From Blastocatellia bacterium (GTDB lineage Bacteria > Acidobacteriota > Blastocatellia > Pyrinomonadales > Pyrinomonadaceae), in assembly GCA_963765045.1 (NCBI GenBank), contig CAVXVF010000003.1, positions 171,488-235,487 on the forward strand: a stretch of 64,000 nucleotides of DNA, written 5' to 3'. The notes under the pieces were generated by a model. The model did no database searches. It saw only the letters and a program-made list of their open reading frames with translations, and was not told where the DNA came from. Below are positions 40,601-48,353 of the stretch, one piece after another; the first letter of the stretch is position 1, and every line of letters starts with the position of its first letter. Position numbers and translations under genes: made by a program.

Positions 40601-43105
40601 AAGAGTTACAATCCGCACACGGTTACCAGTCTGACGGCCGCCCTTCCGACCGGAATAAAATTCTCGCGTATTACATCGCTTGACGGTTTGGGGCGGACGC
40701 TATCGACGACGCTGCCGGATAACACAATTGTCACGGCTACTTACAGCGGTCTTGTGGCGACCGCAACCGATCAGGCTGGAAAACAAAGAAGGCAAATAGC
40801 CGATGCTCTCGGCAGAACTGCGCGTGTCGACGAACCTGATGCGACGGGAAATCTCGGCTTGGTAACTTCGCCGGTTCAACCGACATTTTACGAATACGAC
40901 GGGAACGATAATCTGACAAAAGTTACGCAGTCGATACCGGGCGTGGTGACGCAGGAAAGATTGTTCAAGTACGACAGCCTTTCGCGATTGACACACGAAA
41001 AGCAGGTCGAGGCGAATGCGACGCTCGACAACAACGGCGTCAAGGTCGGGGCGGGCGGCCAGTGGACGGGCGTTTATAAGTACGACTTGGACAGCCTGCT
41101 GGTTGAAGGTTTCGATGCCCGCGGCGTGAAAACGGCGTTTACTTATGACGGTTTGAACCGTGTCAAAACGATTGCATACACCGGCGAGACGGGCTATCAG
41201 ACGCCGACGGCGACTTATACTTACGACGAGACGGAAACCAATTTCTTCAACAACGGGCGGCTGACGAAAGTTCAAACGGCGGCGAATGCCACATACGGAA
41301 TACCGGAGACAATCCAGAATTATCGGTATGACAAAATCGGGCAGGTGACAAAGCACGTCCAAAACATCGGTAATCAGAGTTATCAGCTTGAGTATGGATA
41401 CAATCTGGCCGGACAGTTAATTTCAGAGAAATATCCGTCAGGAAAGATCGTCAATATGACGGTCGATAATTTCGGACGGCTTTCGACGGTTGCGGACGCA
41501 CAGAGGACTTATCTGAGCAGTGTTGGTTTCAACAATCAGGGTCTGCTGTCGCAGATGAATCTGGGTAATGGAACTTCTGAAACGTTTTCTTACAATGACC
41601 GTTTTCAGATGACTTCGCAGAGTTTAAATAAGGGCGCTGAGGTTTTGCAGAAGTATGATTATTCTTACGGCACGGTCGATCTGGCAACAGGAACGGTTAA
41701 TACGCAAACCAATAATGGTCAGCTTTCCAAAATAGAAGGCTGGATAGGTGCCAACAAGCAGTGGAGCCAGAGGTTTGGTTATGACGAGCTTGGCCGATTA
41801 AAAGAAGCCCGCGAGTACAAGCAGGGGGTGAATACTCAGCTTACATACAAACAGGTGTTCGATTTCGACCGTTTCGGGAATCTCTATCGTAAAGCGGCGA
41901 GCAACCCAACGGCGGGTCAGCAGAATCCGCTTACATACACGCCTATCGAAGATGCCCACATTGACAGGGCCAAAAACCGTCTGACAACCGGAACGACCTA
42001 TGACGACGCCGGACAGGTTGTGAATGATACGAAGTTTCGTTCGATGTCGTTCGCCTATGACGCGAACGGCCATCAGGTGAAAGCTATGAGAGCCAGCGTC
42101 CCCGACGCGTGGACGGTTTATGACGCACTCGGAAACAGGGTTGCCACGAAGATCAACGACATCTGGCAATACATGGTTTATGATGCGTTTGGCAAATTAG
42201 TTGCTGAATACGGCGTCGCTTCCGAAACTCTCGGCGGCGTTAAATATCTACAACAAGATTGGCAGGGTTCAGTTCGCACTACGACCAATTCAAACGGTTT
42301 CGTGGTTGCGAGGACAGATCATCAAGCCTTTGGTGACGATGTCGGTTACGGAGTCGGGTTGCGTTCAATCGAGCAGGGATATTCGGTAGGAAAGGTTGCA
42401 AAACAAGGTTACGGTTTAACCGAGAATGATCAAGGTTCTGGACAGCAGCATACTTGGTTTAGGAAACTCGAAACCTCCGCCGGAAGATGGACGGGGCCTG
42501 ATCCGTATAAAGGGTCGATGTCGCTCGGCAATCCGCAATCGTTTAACCGGTATTCTTATGTTGAGAATCAGCCGACAAACTTTGTCGATCCGAGTGGGCT
42601 TTTCATAGTAGCGATTTGTTCTTTTGTTGGCACCTTCATTATCAATTTTGATACTCGTTGGCAGCAAACTGTGGATGTATATTTATGTACCATTATCGAC
42701 TTCGGTGGGGGCGGCCCAATCTTTCCCGTAGAACCTACATCTGGCGGTGGGGTGGGCGAACCTCAATTCGTCAATGCCAAGTTCGACGATGAGTACAAAA
42801 ATTACGATGCGTGCGTTAAAGCTGAAAATCAAAAATGTTTGAACAAAGGCCGTAAAAATTTCAATGAAAATGCTGTGTGGGATGCAGCTTCTTTACCGTT
42901 TACTGGAGGTGCGGGTATTATTTACGCGATGATCAAAAGCGCCGCTCTATGGAGCGCCCGCCTCGCTTTTGGTGCGATTGGAATAGGCGGAGGAATTGCT
43001 CTCGGTCTTTACAGGGCAGCACAGAGAGCGCAAGGGGTTGAGAATGATTGCAAGGAAGAAGTTCCAGCCAAATGTAAAGAATATAAGAGGAGTAACGTGG
43101 CATGA
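37607..43105 (+). CDS. RHS/YD-repeat polymorphic toxin, full length (1832 aa)
   Basis: N-terminal hydrophobic segment FSAILLLFAVLMPITAPIPAWA and a Big_2-like Ig domain (~aa 125-200). Many YD repeats (YDIAGNVTES, YEYDGNDNLTKV, YDSLSRLTHE, YDGLNRVKT, YDELGRLKEA, YDDAGQVVND, YDALGNRVAT, YDAFGKLVAE). The core ends with NQPTNFVDPSGL (Asp codon at 42587), followed by a 167-aa unique tip. Confidence 0.93.
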   Translation: MIPEKTTMTRFNKAADQILKVRSIQVPSRQFSAILLLFAVLMPITAPIPAWAYNLNLPPAAVDDGLRLTASGEHFKNSISDFLSKLTSDPAALVTTSAGENIDKESTYSSTALEKRVADIKTELHDGEVIEVGQKISLAARPIDKKGLIINGIAAEWSCTNSKVLRILNDSEAVAIAEGEAKLVVRSGNVIREVRFKVNKRARNGARPVSSMLEPPEMPVITEQQVENLVTPENNLGNPIGQTEMGSRSASAALRTRERFGSSNFSFDIPAASLPGRGIDASVGITYNSRIWNKASFGGTDVYTFNTDGSWLAPGFEMGFGELTPYGSGTVSGYMLTSPDGSRHQLIYKQASGQCSIFESADGTFIETTICGIYTTSTLNVVFPDGTQVMYGASTASGKRFPIRITDRNGNMLTIAYVQNDTQGKISYIRDTLNRYINFYYDTPDNKLVAITVPGFDGGAERQTIRFYYADMTFNWIGRFDGTVNAPTTVKVLKYVYFPGTQTGFKYDYSPYFGMIHKIWQMRGMLVSSNSTTDTGTVTSEGTWAAWTSYNYPTTPVPTLTDVPKYTQRTDDWLGRTSAVPQTNFSISEDVTPAGCDISTGACTGTRNVTVTAPDGTRSISVSKIRPSIDWENGLLQETRIETGAVGSEVVWSKTKLFWEQGAGSTLPGRDNPRLDKIEVTNDANQTRATTFDYDNYNNQTVVREHDFAAPNSEGTELRRTETTYETGLGWTNNRLLRLPKEIKTIVGTATVSKTAYEYDKNGEAAETALTPRLDISASVHDIRYDPSAPSGQQCAPQCEEPHRCCWTVHVYQAYTRFRGNVTKITAFSDATLASDPNASVSTVKYDIAGNVTESSSSCCELKTTQYSNTNHYAYPMSETRNGQGLSLTTSATYDVPTGFVKTATDENNQTSMLTYDPNNLRVIRSDGPVGTGIWSTTEYNDSVFPYHVKTTSSLDATRSVSAWSFSNGRGQGFRSRSQTTGGYLSSEVEFDVMGRAEKSYNPHTVTSLTAALPTGIKFSRITSLDGLGRTLSTTLPDNTIVTATYSGLVATATDQAGKQRRQIADALGRTARVDEPDATGNLGLVTSPVQPTFYEYDGNDNLTKVTQSIPGVVTQERLFKYDSLSRLTHEKQVEANATLDNNGVKVGAGGQWTGVYKYDLDSLLVEGFDARGVKTAFTYDGLNRVKTIAYTGETGYQTPTATYTYDETETNFFNNGRLTKVQTAANATYGIPETIQNYRYDKIGQVTKHVQNIGNQSYQLEYGYNLAGQLISEKYPSGKIVNMTVDNFGRLSTVADAQRTYLSSVGFNNQGLLSQMNLGNGTSETFSYNDRFQMTSQSLNKGAEVLQKYDYSYGTVDLATGTVNTQTNNGQLSKIEGWIGANKQWSQRFGYDELGRLKEAREYKQGVNTQLTYKQVFDFDRFGNLYRKAASNPTAGQQNPLTYTPIEDAHIDRAKNRLTTGTTYDDAGQVVNDTKFRSMSFAYDANGHQVKAMRASVPDAWTVYDALGNRVATKINDIWQYMVYDAFGKLVAEYGVASETLGGVKYLQQDWQGSVRTTTNSNGFVVARTDHQAFGDDVGYGVGLRSIEQGYSVGKVAKQGYGLTENDQGSGQQHTWFRKLETSAGRWTGPDPYKGSMSLGNPQSFNRYSYVENQPTNFVDPSGLFIVAICSFVGTFIINFDTRWQQTVDVYLCTIIDFGGGGPIFPVEPTSGGGVGEPQFVNAKFDDEYKNYDACVKAENQKCLNKGRKNFNENAVWDAASLPFTGGAGIIYAMIKSAALWSARLAFGAIGIGGGIALGLYRAAQRAQGVENDCKEEVPAKCKEYKRSNVA
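41225..42601 (+). repeat. rhs core segment duplicated in the two downstream orphan cassettes
   Basis: Colinear with 43681-45060 (with a one-codon length difference) and, from ~41390 onward, with 46378-47620. Includes an 80-nt perfect match, 42413-42492 = 44872-44951. Confidence 0.9.
42602..43102 (+). other. RHS C-terminal toxin domain 1 (unassigned; glycine-zipper-like hydrophobic segment)
   Basis: Sequence after DPSGL: FIVAICSF..VYLCTIIDFGGGGP..GGGVGEP..YDACVKAENQKC..GGAGIIYAMIKSAALWSARLAFGAIGIGGGIALGLYRAA. I recognise no catalytic motif. Confidence 0.7.
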
Positions 43106-43539
43106 TTTCTAAGTCTAAATACTCGTCAAAAGATTTTATCCAAGATGTCGCCGTTGCAGCTTTGATTACGACGATGTGTATGCTGGCATTTTTGCGGCGG
43201 GATTATTTGTATGGATCCCAAGATTACGATGGTATCGTATCTGTGTTTTTTTATGTGGGAATTGGGCTAAAAATCATTTTTGTAATAGGCTCCCTTTATT
43301 TACTATTGAGGTTGCAATACCCACAGAGTTTAGTTGCCGGAATAGTTTTGGTCGGTTGCTGGCTGCTTGCTGAATGTTTCCCGAATTCCGTATCAGTTTT
43401 ATTCTTAAAAGAACTGAATGACGTTTTCGGGTATTTTGGGGGCGTATTTATTTACCCGATTTGGCGGTGGCAGAGGCTAACGAACACCAATGCGGAGGTC
43501 TTGGACGACAAACCCACTACTTTGAATTTGAATAACTAG
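43102..43539 (+). CDS. Putative immunity protein 1 (4-TM membrane protein)
   Basis: The ATG overlaps the rhs stop (ATGA). 145 aa with about 4 hydrophobic helices, AT-richer than the flanking sequence. Confidence 0.65.
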   Translation: MISKSKYSSKDFIQDVAVAALITTMCMLAFLRRDYLYGSQDYDGIVSVFFYVGIGLKIIFVIGSLYLLLRLQYPQSLVAGIVLVGCWLLAECFPNSVSVLFLKELNDVFGYFGGVFIYPIWRWQRLTNTNAEVLDDKPTTLNLNN

Positions 43540-43568
43540 AGTGCAGGGGATATGTGAAGGAGCGTTTG

Positions 43569-43680
43569 TATCCTCATTCGTTCAATCTCATCTAGGCTGA
43601 TGGCGTCGCTCGTGCGGTCGTAAAGCTTTGTTGTTCGGGACTAGCATGGGCGGCTATTTCCTGCTCGTAACTGTAAAAAC
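43569..43680 (-). pseudogene. 3' remnant of a tyrosine recombinase/integrase gene (frameshifted and 5'-truncated at the orphan rhs junction)
   Basis: The minus strand reads ..EQEIAAHASP (frame a), then, one missing base later, RTTKLYDRTSDAISLDEIERMRI (frame b). From memory, this matches the conserved C-terminus (..AAHESPRTTKLYDRT.D.I.LDE.ERI.I) of a family of site-specific integrases. Confidence 0.5.
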
Positions 43681-45060
43681 GACGAGACCGAGAGCGGTTT
43701 CCACAACAACGGGCAGTTGACAAAAGTTCAAACGGCGGCGAATGCCACATACGGAATACCGGAGACAATACAGAATTATCGTTACGACAAAATCGGACAG
43801 GTTACAAAGCATGTTCAGACCATCGGCAATCAGAGTTATCAGCTTGAGTATGGATACAACCTCGCCGGACAGTTGGTGAGCGAGAAGTATCCGAGCGGCA
43901 AGATCGTCAACATGACGGTCGATAATTTCGGAAGATTGCAAACTGTCGCCGACGCACAGCGGACTTATCTGAGCAGTGTCGGTTTCAACAATCAGGGTCT
44001 GCTGTCGCAGGTGAATCTCGGCAACGCAACGAGCGAAACTTTTTCGTACAATGACCGTTTTCAGATGACTTCCCAGAGCCTGAATCGCGGTTCGGAAGTT
44101 TTGCAAAAATATGATTATTCTTACGGCACGGTCGATCTGGCAACAGGAACGGTTAATACACAAACCAATAATGGTCAGCTTTCCAAAATAGAAGGTTTTA
44201 TCGGAGCAAACAAGCAGTGGTCGCAGCGGTTCGGTTACGACGAGCTTGGGCGCTTGAAGGAAGCGAGAGAGTACAAGCAGGGCACGAATACTCAACTAAC
44301 TTACAAACAGGTGTTCGACTTCGACCGCTTTGGGAATCTCTATCGAAAGAACGCAAGCAACCCAACCGCAGGGCAGCAGAACCCGCTTATATACACGCCG
44401 ATTGAGAATGCGGACATAGATAAAACTAAAAATCGTCTCACAACCGGAACAACTTACGACGATGCCGGACAGGTTGTGAATGATACGAAGTTTCGTTCGA
44501 TGAGTTTTGCCTACGACGCAAATGGCCGTCAGGTCAACTCTACGAACTCTATAAACTCTACGAACGCTCAAACAGTCTATGACGCACTTGGAAACAGAGT
44601 CGCCACGAAGATCAACGACATTTGGCAGTACATGGTCTATGACGCTTTCGGGAAATTGGTTGCTGAATACGGCACGGCGAGCGAAGGTCTCGGCGGTGTG
44701 AAGTACGTTCAGCAGGACTGGCAAGGCAGTGTCAGAACCGTGACAAATAACAACGGCTTCGTGGTCGCCCGAACGGATCACCAGGCATTCGGCGGCGAAG
44801 TCGGTTACGGAACCGGGCAACGCTCCGTCGAACAAGGCTACAACGTCGGTAAGGTTACAAAACAAGGCTACGGTTTAACCGAGAATGATCAAGGTTCTGG
44901 ACAGCAGCATACTTGGTTTAGGAAACTCGAAACCTCCGCCGGAAGATGGACAGGTCCCGATCCGTACAAGGGTTCAATGTCGCTTGGCAATCCACAGTCG
45001 TTTAATCGATATTCTTACGTTGAAAACCAGCCGACGAATTTTGTTGATCCAAGTGGATTA
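43681..45060 (+). repeat. rhs core copy within orphan cassette 1
   Basis: DETESGFHNNGQLTKVQTAANATYGIPETIQNYRYDKIGQVTKHVQ... parallels main-gene aa ~1207-1665. Confidence 0.9.
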
Positions 45061-45714
45061 CTCTACATCTTATATTGCACATATATTGGATACATGGCCG
45101 ATATGCCCGGTTTTCCAAGTGTGTATTCTTGCCATTTGGTGGAAATTGGCGGCGGCGGCATCGGTGGTCCTAGGGAGCCGCCTGTTCACGGCGGCGGTGT
45201 TGGCAGCGGCGGCAGAGAGACACCACCAGTCGATAGCGATTGTGAAAAATTTGCCAAGTTAGTTGGTGAAATCGCCAAGAGTGCTAAAAATGCCAAAGAT
45301 TTTGCGGATCAGATGGCTAAAAGATTTCTTGGCGTTAACGGAGCCTCATTGAGTGAATTACGCAGGGCGAATGAGGTTGGCGGTGGTGAATCGTTTGGTA
45401 GCTCGGGATTCAAAGAGCAATTTCAGGGGCCTGGCAATCAGGTGCGACACTTTACAGGAGGCCTGATCGGTGGTTACTTGTTTGGAGCAACGGGCGGCGA
45501 TTGGGGAATGTGGTTTGGGGAGGACGACCCAGAGGATATTGCGCTTAATGCGGTTAGCAGTGCTTTAGGAGCCAGAATAGTGGACCCTACGCCTGCGACG
45601 ACAAAGGAGGTTTCCGGTGGGTACAGAAGCGAAATGAGACGTATCGTAAATGTCCCTGCCAATCCTGGATATACTGATTTGGCGGATCGTATTAGGAAAC
45701 AAGTCTGTGAATAA
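43717..45714 (+). CDS. Orphan RHS C-terminal cassette 1 (core fragment plus 217-aa toxin tip 2); no canonical start
   Basis: The in-frame homology begins at 43681, just after a TAG at 43642. Only a TTG (43717) is available as a start. The core ends NQPTNFVDPSGL (Asp at 45046), then a unique tip contains ..GFKEQFQGPGNQVRHFTGGLIGGYLFGATGGDWGMWFGEDDPEDIALN... Confidence 0.8.
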   Translation: MTKVQTAANATYGIPETIQNYRYDKIGQVTKHVQTIGNQSYQLEYGYNLAGQLVSEKYPSGKIVNMTVDNFGRLQTVADAQRTYLSSVGFNNQGLLSQVNLGNATSETFSYNDRFQMTSQSLNRGSEVLQKYDYSYGTVDLATGTVNTQTNNGQLSKIEGFIGANKQWSQRFGYDELGRLKEAREYKQGTNTQLTYKQVFDFDRFGNLYRKNASNPTAGQQNPLIYTPIENADIDKTKNRLTTGTTYDDAGQVVNDTKFRSMSFAYDANGRQVNSTNSINSTNAQTVYDALGNRVATKINDIWQYMVYDAFGKLVAEYGTASEGLGGVKYVQQDWQGSVRTVTNNNGFVVARTDHQAFGGEVGYGTGQRSVEQGYNVGKVTKQGYGLTENDQGSGQQHTWFRKLETSAGRWTGPDPYKGSMSLGNPQSFNRYSYVENQPTNFVDPSGLLYILYCTYIGYMADMPGFPSVYSCHLVEIGGGGIGGPREPPVHGGGVGSGGRETPPVDSDCEKFAKLVGEIAKSAKNAKDFADQMAKRFLGVNGASLSELRRANEVGGGESFGSSGFKEQFQGPGNQVRHFTGGLIGGYLFGATGGDWGMWFGEDDPEDIALNAVSSALGARIVDPTPATTKEVSGGYRSEMRRIVNVPANPGYTDLADRIRKQVCE

Positions 45715-45786
45715 TCAAGGGCGAATTTTGCTTCGTTCCCGGTGTTGATATGCCAAATTTAGTGCAGTAATTCGTTCGAGGTGTTT

Positions 45787-46341
45787 ATGTTCGGGAAAAA
45801 ACTTTCAATCGTATTGTTCGGATGCTTGGTTTTTAGTTCTTGCGGCAAAGGCTACGACACTAAAAAGGTTGTTGAGTCTTGGGAGACAGGAAATCAACAG
45901 TTAAAAATCCGTGTTGCATCATATCCAGAAAATATCCATCTTCTTTATGGGGGAGCATATTATGTTTTTGAGTCATCTAGAAATGGCGAATGGGTAGAGA
46001 TTATGACTGTTAGGCATGATGATCTGACTCCTATTGACAAAAATGGCGTGAAATTCGTTAACGAAAATATTTGCTATGTTTATTCGGGTTCGGGGTTTGC
46101 TGTTACTACGGATGTTGGGAATACGTGGACTCTATGGGATGGTCGGGAACATAATTACTTGGATAAAGAGGTTGAATATGGCGTGATAACAAAGATAGAA
46201 ATCCGAAGCGATGGTCAGGGTGAAATGATCGTATGGGTATTTGCACCCAACAAGAATGATTGTCAAACGGTATTGACAAGCGACTACGGACAAACTTGGG
46301 TGAACGGTAATTTACTTGACAAAGGTAAATGTTCTCTCTAG
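45787..46341 (+). CDS. Putative immunity protein 2: lipoprotein with BNR/Asp-box motifs
   Basis: Lipobox VFSSCGKG and two Asp-box-like S/T-x-D-x-G-x-T-W motifs (TTDVGNTW, TSDYGQTW). Located directly after toxin tip 2. Confidence 0.6.
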   Translation: MFGKKLSIVLFGCLVFSSCGKGYDTKKVVESWETGNQQLKIRVASYPENIHLLYGGAYYVFESSRNGEWVEIMTVRHDDLTPIDKNGVKFVNENICYVYSGSGFAVTTDVGNTWTLWDGREHNYLDKEVEYGVITKIEIRSDGQGEMIVWVFAPNKNDCQTVLTSDYGQTWVNGNLLDKGKCSL

Positions 46342-48214
46342 TTTTGCGCGAAAAAAAACGCCTTGGATAGATGCACAGCAATACAATCTTGAGTACGGCT
46401 ACAATCTGGCCGGGCAATTGATTACGGAGAAATATCCTTCTGGAAAGATCGTCACAACGAGCTATGATGCGAACGGCAGATTGTCGGGCGTCGCCGATCC
46501 TTCTCGGACTTATCTGAGCGGTATGCAGTATTTGGGCAAGGGCAATTCGGTCAGCCAGATGACGCTTGGCAACGGAACGGTTGAGAACTATACGCTTAAC
46601 GACCGTTTTCAAATGACCGGACAGGAGTTGAAACGCGGCACCGAGGTTCTGCAAAAGTACAATTACGGTTATGGCGAGATCGACGGTTCGGGGAATCTTG
46701 TTACGACAAAAAATAACGGTCAGCTTGGAAGAATAGAAAGCTACATCGGCACGGCAAAGCAATCGACGCAGAAGTTTCTTTACGATCACATTGGCCGTTT
46801 GAAAGAATCGGCCGAATATCGCGGTGATAACAATAGTCTGACTTACAAGCAGAAGTTCGATTTTGACAGGTTTGGGAATCTTTATCGGAAAGCCGCGAGC
46901 AACCCAACGGCGGGACAGGCGAATCCATTGGCTTACACTCCGATTGAAGAGACGACGACACCGGGAACGGGCGATATCGAAAAGTCGACGAATCGATTCC
47001 GCACCGGCACGACGTATGACGATGCTGGGCAAGTTGTCGCGGATAATAAATTCCGTTCGATGAACTTTGCCTACGACGCGAATGGCCGTCAGGTCAACTC
47101 TACGAACTCTACAAACTCTACGAACGCTCAAACCGTCTATGATGCGAGCGGAAACAGAGTTGCGACAAAGATCAATAACATCTGGCAGTATATGATCTAC
47201 GACGCCTTCGGAAAACTTGTGGCCGAATACGGCGTAGCGTCAGAAGGCGTGGGCGGAGTAAAATATCTCCAGCAGGATTGGCAAGGCAGCGTGAGAACCG
47301 TAACAAACAATAATGGATTTGTCGTCGGAAGAACGGATCACCAAGCTTTTGGTAATGACGTGGGATACGGAGTCGGGCAACGCTCGGTCGAGCAGGGCTA
47401 TTCGGGTGGTAAAGCTACTCGACAGGGCTATGGATTGACCGAACGCGACGACGCGACGGGACAAGATCACACGTGGTTCAGAAAGAACGAAAACCTCGCC
47501 GGACGCTGGACAAGTCCCGATCCTTATAATGGCTCGATGTCCCTCGGCGACCCGCAGAGTTTCAACCGGTACAGTTATGTCCAAAGTGATCCAACGAATT
47601 TCGTTGATCCGAGTGGGTTGCAAATGGCAATTTGTTATATCGACGGATTCCAGGCAAACTGCAGCACGGCGTTTCACTTGGTGCAATCGGGTGGCGGCTA
47701 CGTCAGTTGGCACAGCGTCGATTGGTTGACGGTTGTCAACGAATACACCCTGATTGATGACCGCTGGACGCGTACTGGTCAATATCTTCATTTTAATCCT
47801 TTATACAATTTTAACCCAGAGGGCAATCTTGGTCCTCGTGGTGGTGGCGGCGGTAACAAAAATAATTCTGAAGATGATTTCTCGGATTGTCGAGATGAAG
47901 TCAGGGCGGAATTTATGTCGGATATATTTGCCGCAAGTGATAAATTTAATAAAGCTAATTCTGACCACATTCTGGATCCGGCATCTCTGAAAACTGCGGC
48001 CCTCGGAATCGTTGGTCTGGCGGGAGGTATTCTTTTCAGGTCTCCGTCGTCACTGTTGAGTGGCTTGGCTGCTTTGTCTTGGGTTCAGGGTGCTTCTTAC
48101 GTCAATTTATATACTCTAGCAAAAGATGTTTGGAAAGCGTATAGGAAAGAAAGAAAGCAGATGGCTAGATGCACACCGATTTTGATCAATAAAAGTAGAA
48201 GTGTTTCGGTATGA
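46316..48214 (+). CDS. Orphan RHS C-terminal cassette 2 (core fragment plus 197-aa toxin tip 3); no canonical start
   Basis: Homology to the main core starts ~46378 (YNLEYGYNLAGQLITEKYPSGKIV). The track ORF begins at a TTG that overlaps the preceding gene. The core ends SDPTNFVDPSGL (Asp at 47606), followed by a unique tip. Confidence 0.8.
   Translation: MTKVNVLSSFARKKTPWIDAQQYNLEYGYNLAGQLITEKYPSGKIVTTSYDANGRLSGVADPSRTYLSGMQYLGKGNSVSQMTLGNGTVENYTLNDRFQMTGQELKRGTEVLQKYNYGYGEIDGSGNLVTTKNNGQLGRIESYIGTAKQSTQKFLYDHIGRLKESAEYRGDNNSLTYKQKFDFDRFGNLYRKAASNPTAGQANPLAYTPIEETTTPGTGDIEKSTNRFRTGTTYDDAGQVVADNKFRSMNFAYDANGRQVNSTNSTNSTNAQTVYDASGNRVATKINNIWQYMIYDAFGKLVAEYGVASEGVGGVKYLQQDWQGSVRTVTNNNGFVVGRTDHQAFGNDVGYGVGQRSVEQGYSGGKATRQGYGLTERDDATGQDHTWFRKNENLAGRWTSPDPYNGSMSLGDPQSFNRYSYVQSDPTNFVDPSGLQMAICYIDGFQANCSTAFHLVQSGGGYVSWHSVDWLTVVNEYTLIDDRWTRTGQYLHFNPLYNFNPEGNLGPRGGGGGNKNNSEDDFSDCRDEVRAEFMSDIFAASDKFNKANSDHILDPASLKTAALGIVGLAGGILFRSPSSLLSGLAALSWVQGASYVNLYTLAKDVWKAYRKERKQMARCTPILINKSRSVSV
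46378..47620 (+). repeat. rhs core copy within orphan cassette 2
   Basis: More diverged than copy 1, but colinear through to DPSGL. Confidence 0.85.
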
Positions 48215-48353
48215 CTCTGAAATCCAGGATTAACTTGGGTTATCCATTTTAGCGTGGCACTTTATTAAATAGTTGAACCAGAACCTATCGCTGGTCAGTT
48301 TTTGAACCGAATATGGAGTAATTTTGTACAAATCCCTGAAAAAGGTCACCATC

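Noticed and set aside
37607-43105. T6SS-delivered Rhs effector interpretation
   Set aside because: No PAAR domain, VgrG, Hcp, EagR/DUF1795 chaperone or other T6SS gene is visible in the protein or within 64 kb. The N-terminus looks Sec-type. This cannot be excluded genome-wide, but the window does not support it.
37678-47791. Multiple long minus-strand ORFs inside the rhs genes (e.g. 37678-38478, 40700-41362, 43654-44295, 44296-44865, 46106-47131, 47240-47791)
   Set aside because: They are antisense to strong YD-repeat coding sequence and recur at equivalent positions in each rhs copy. They are artefacts of repeat composition.
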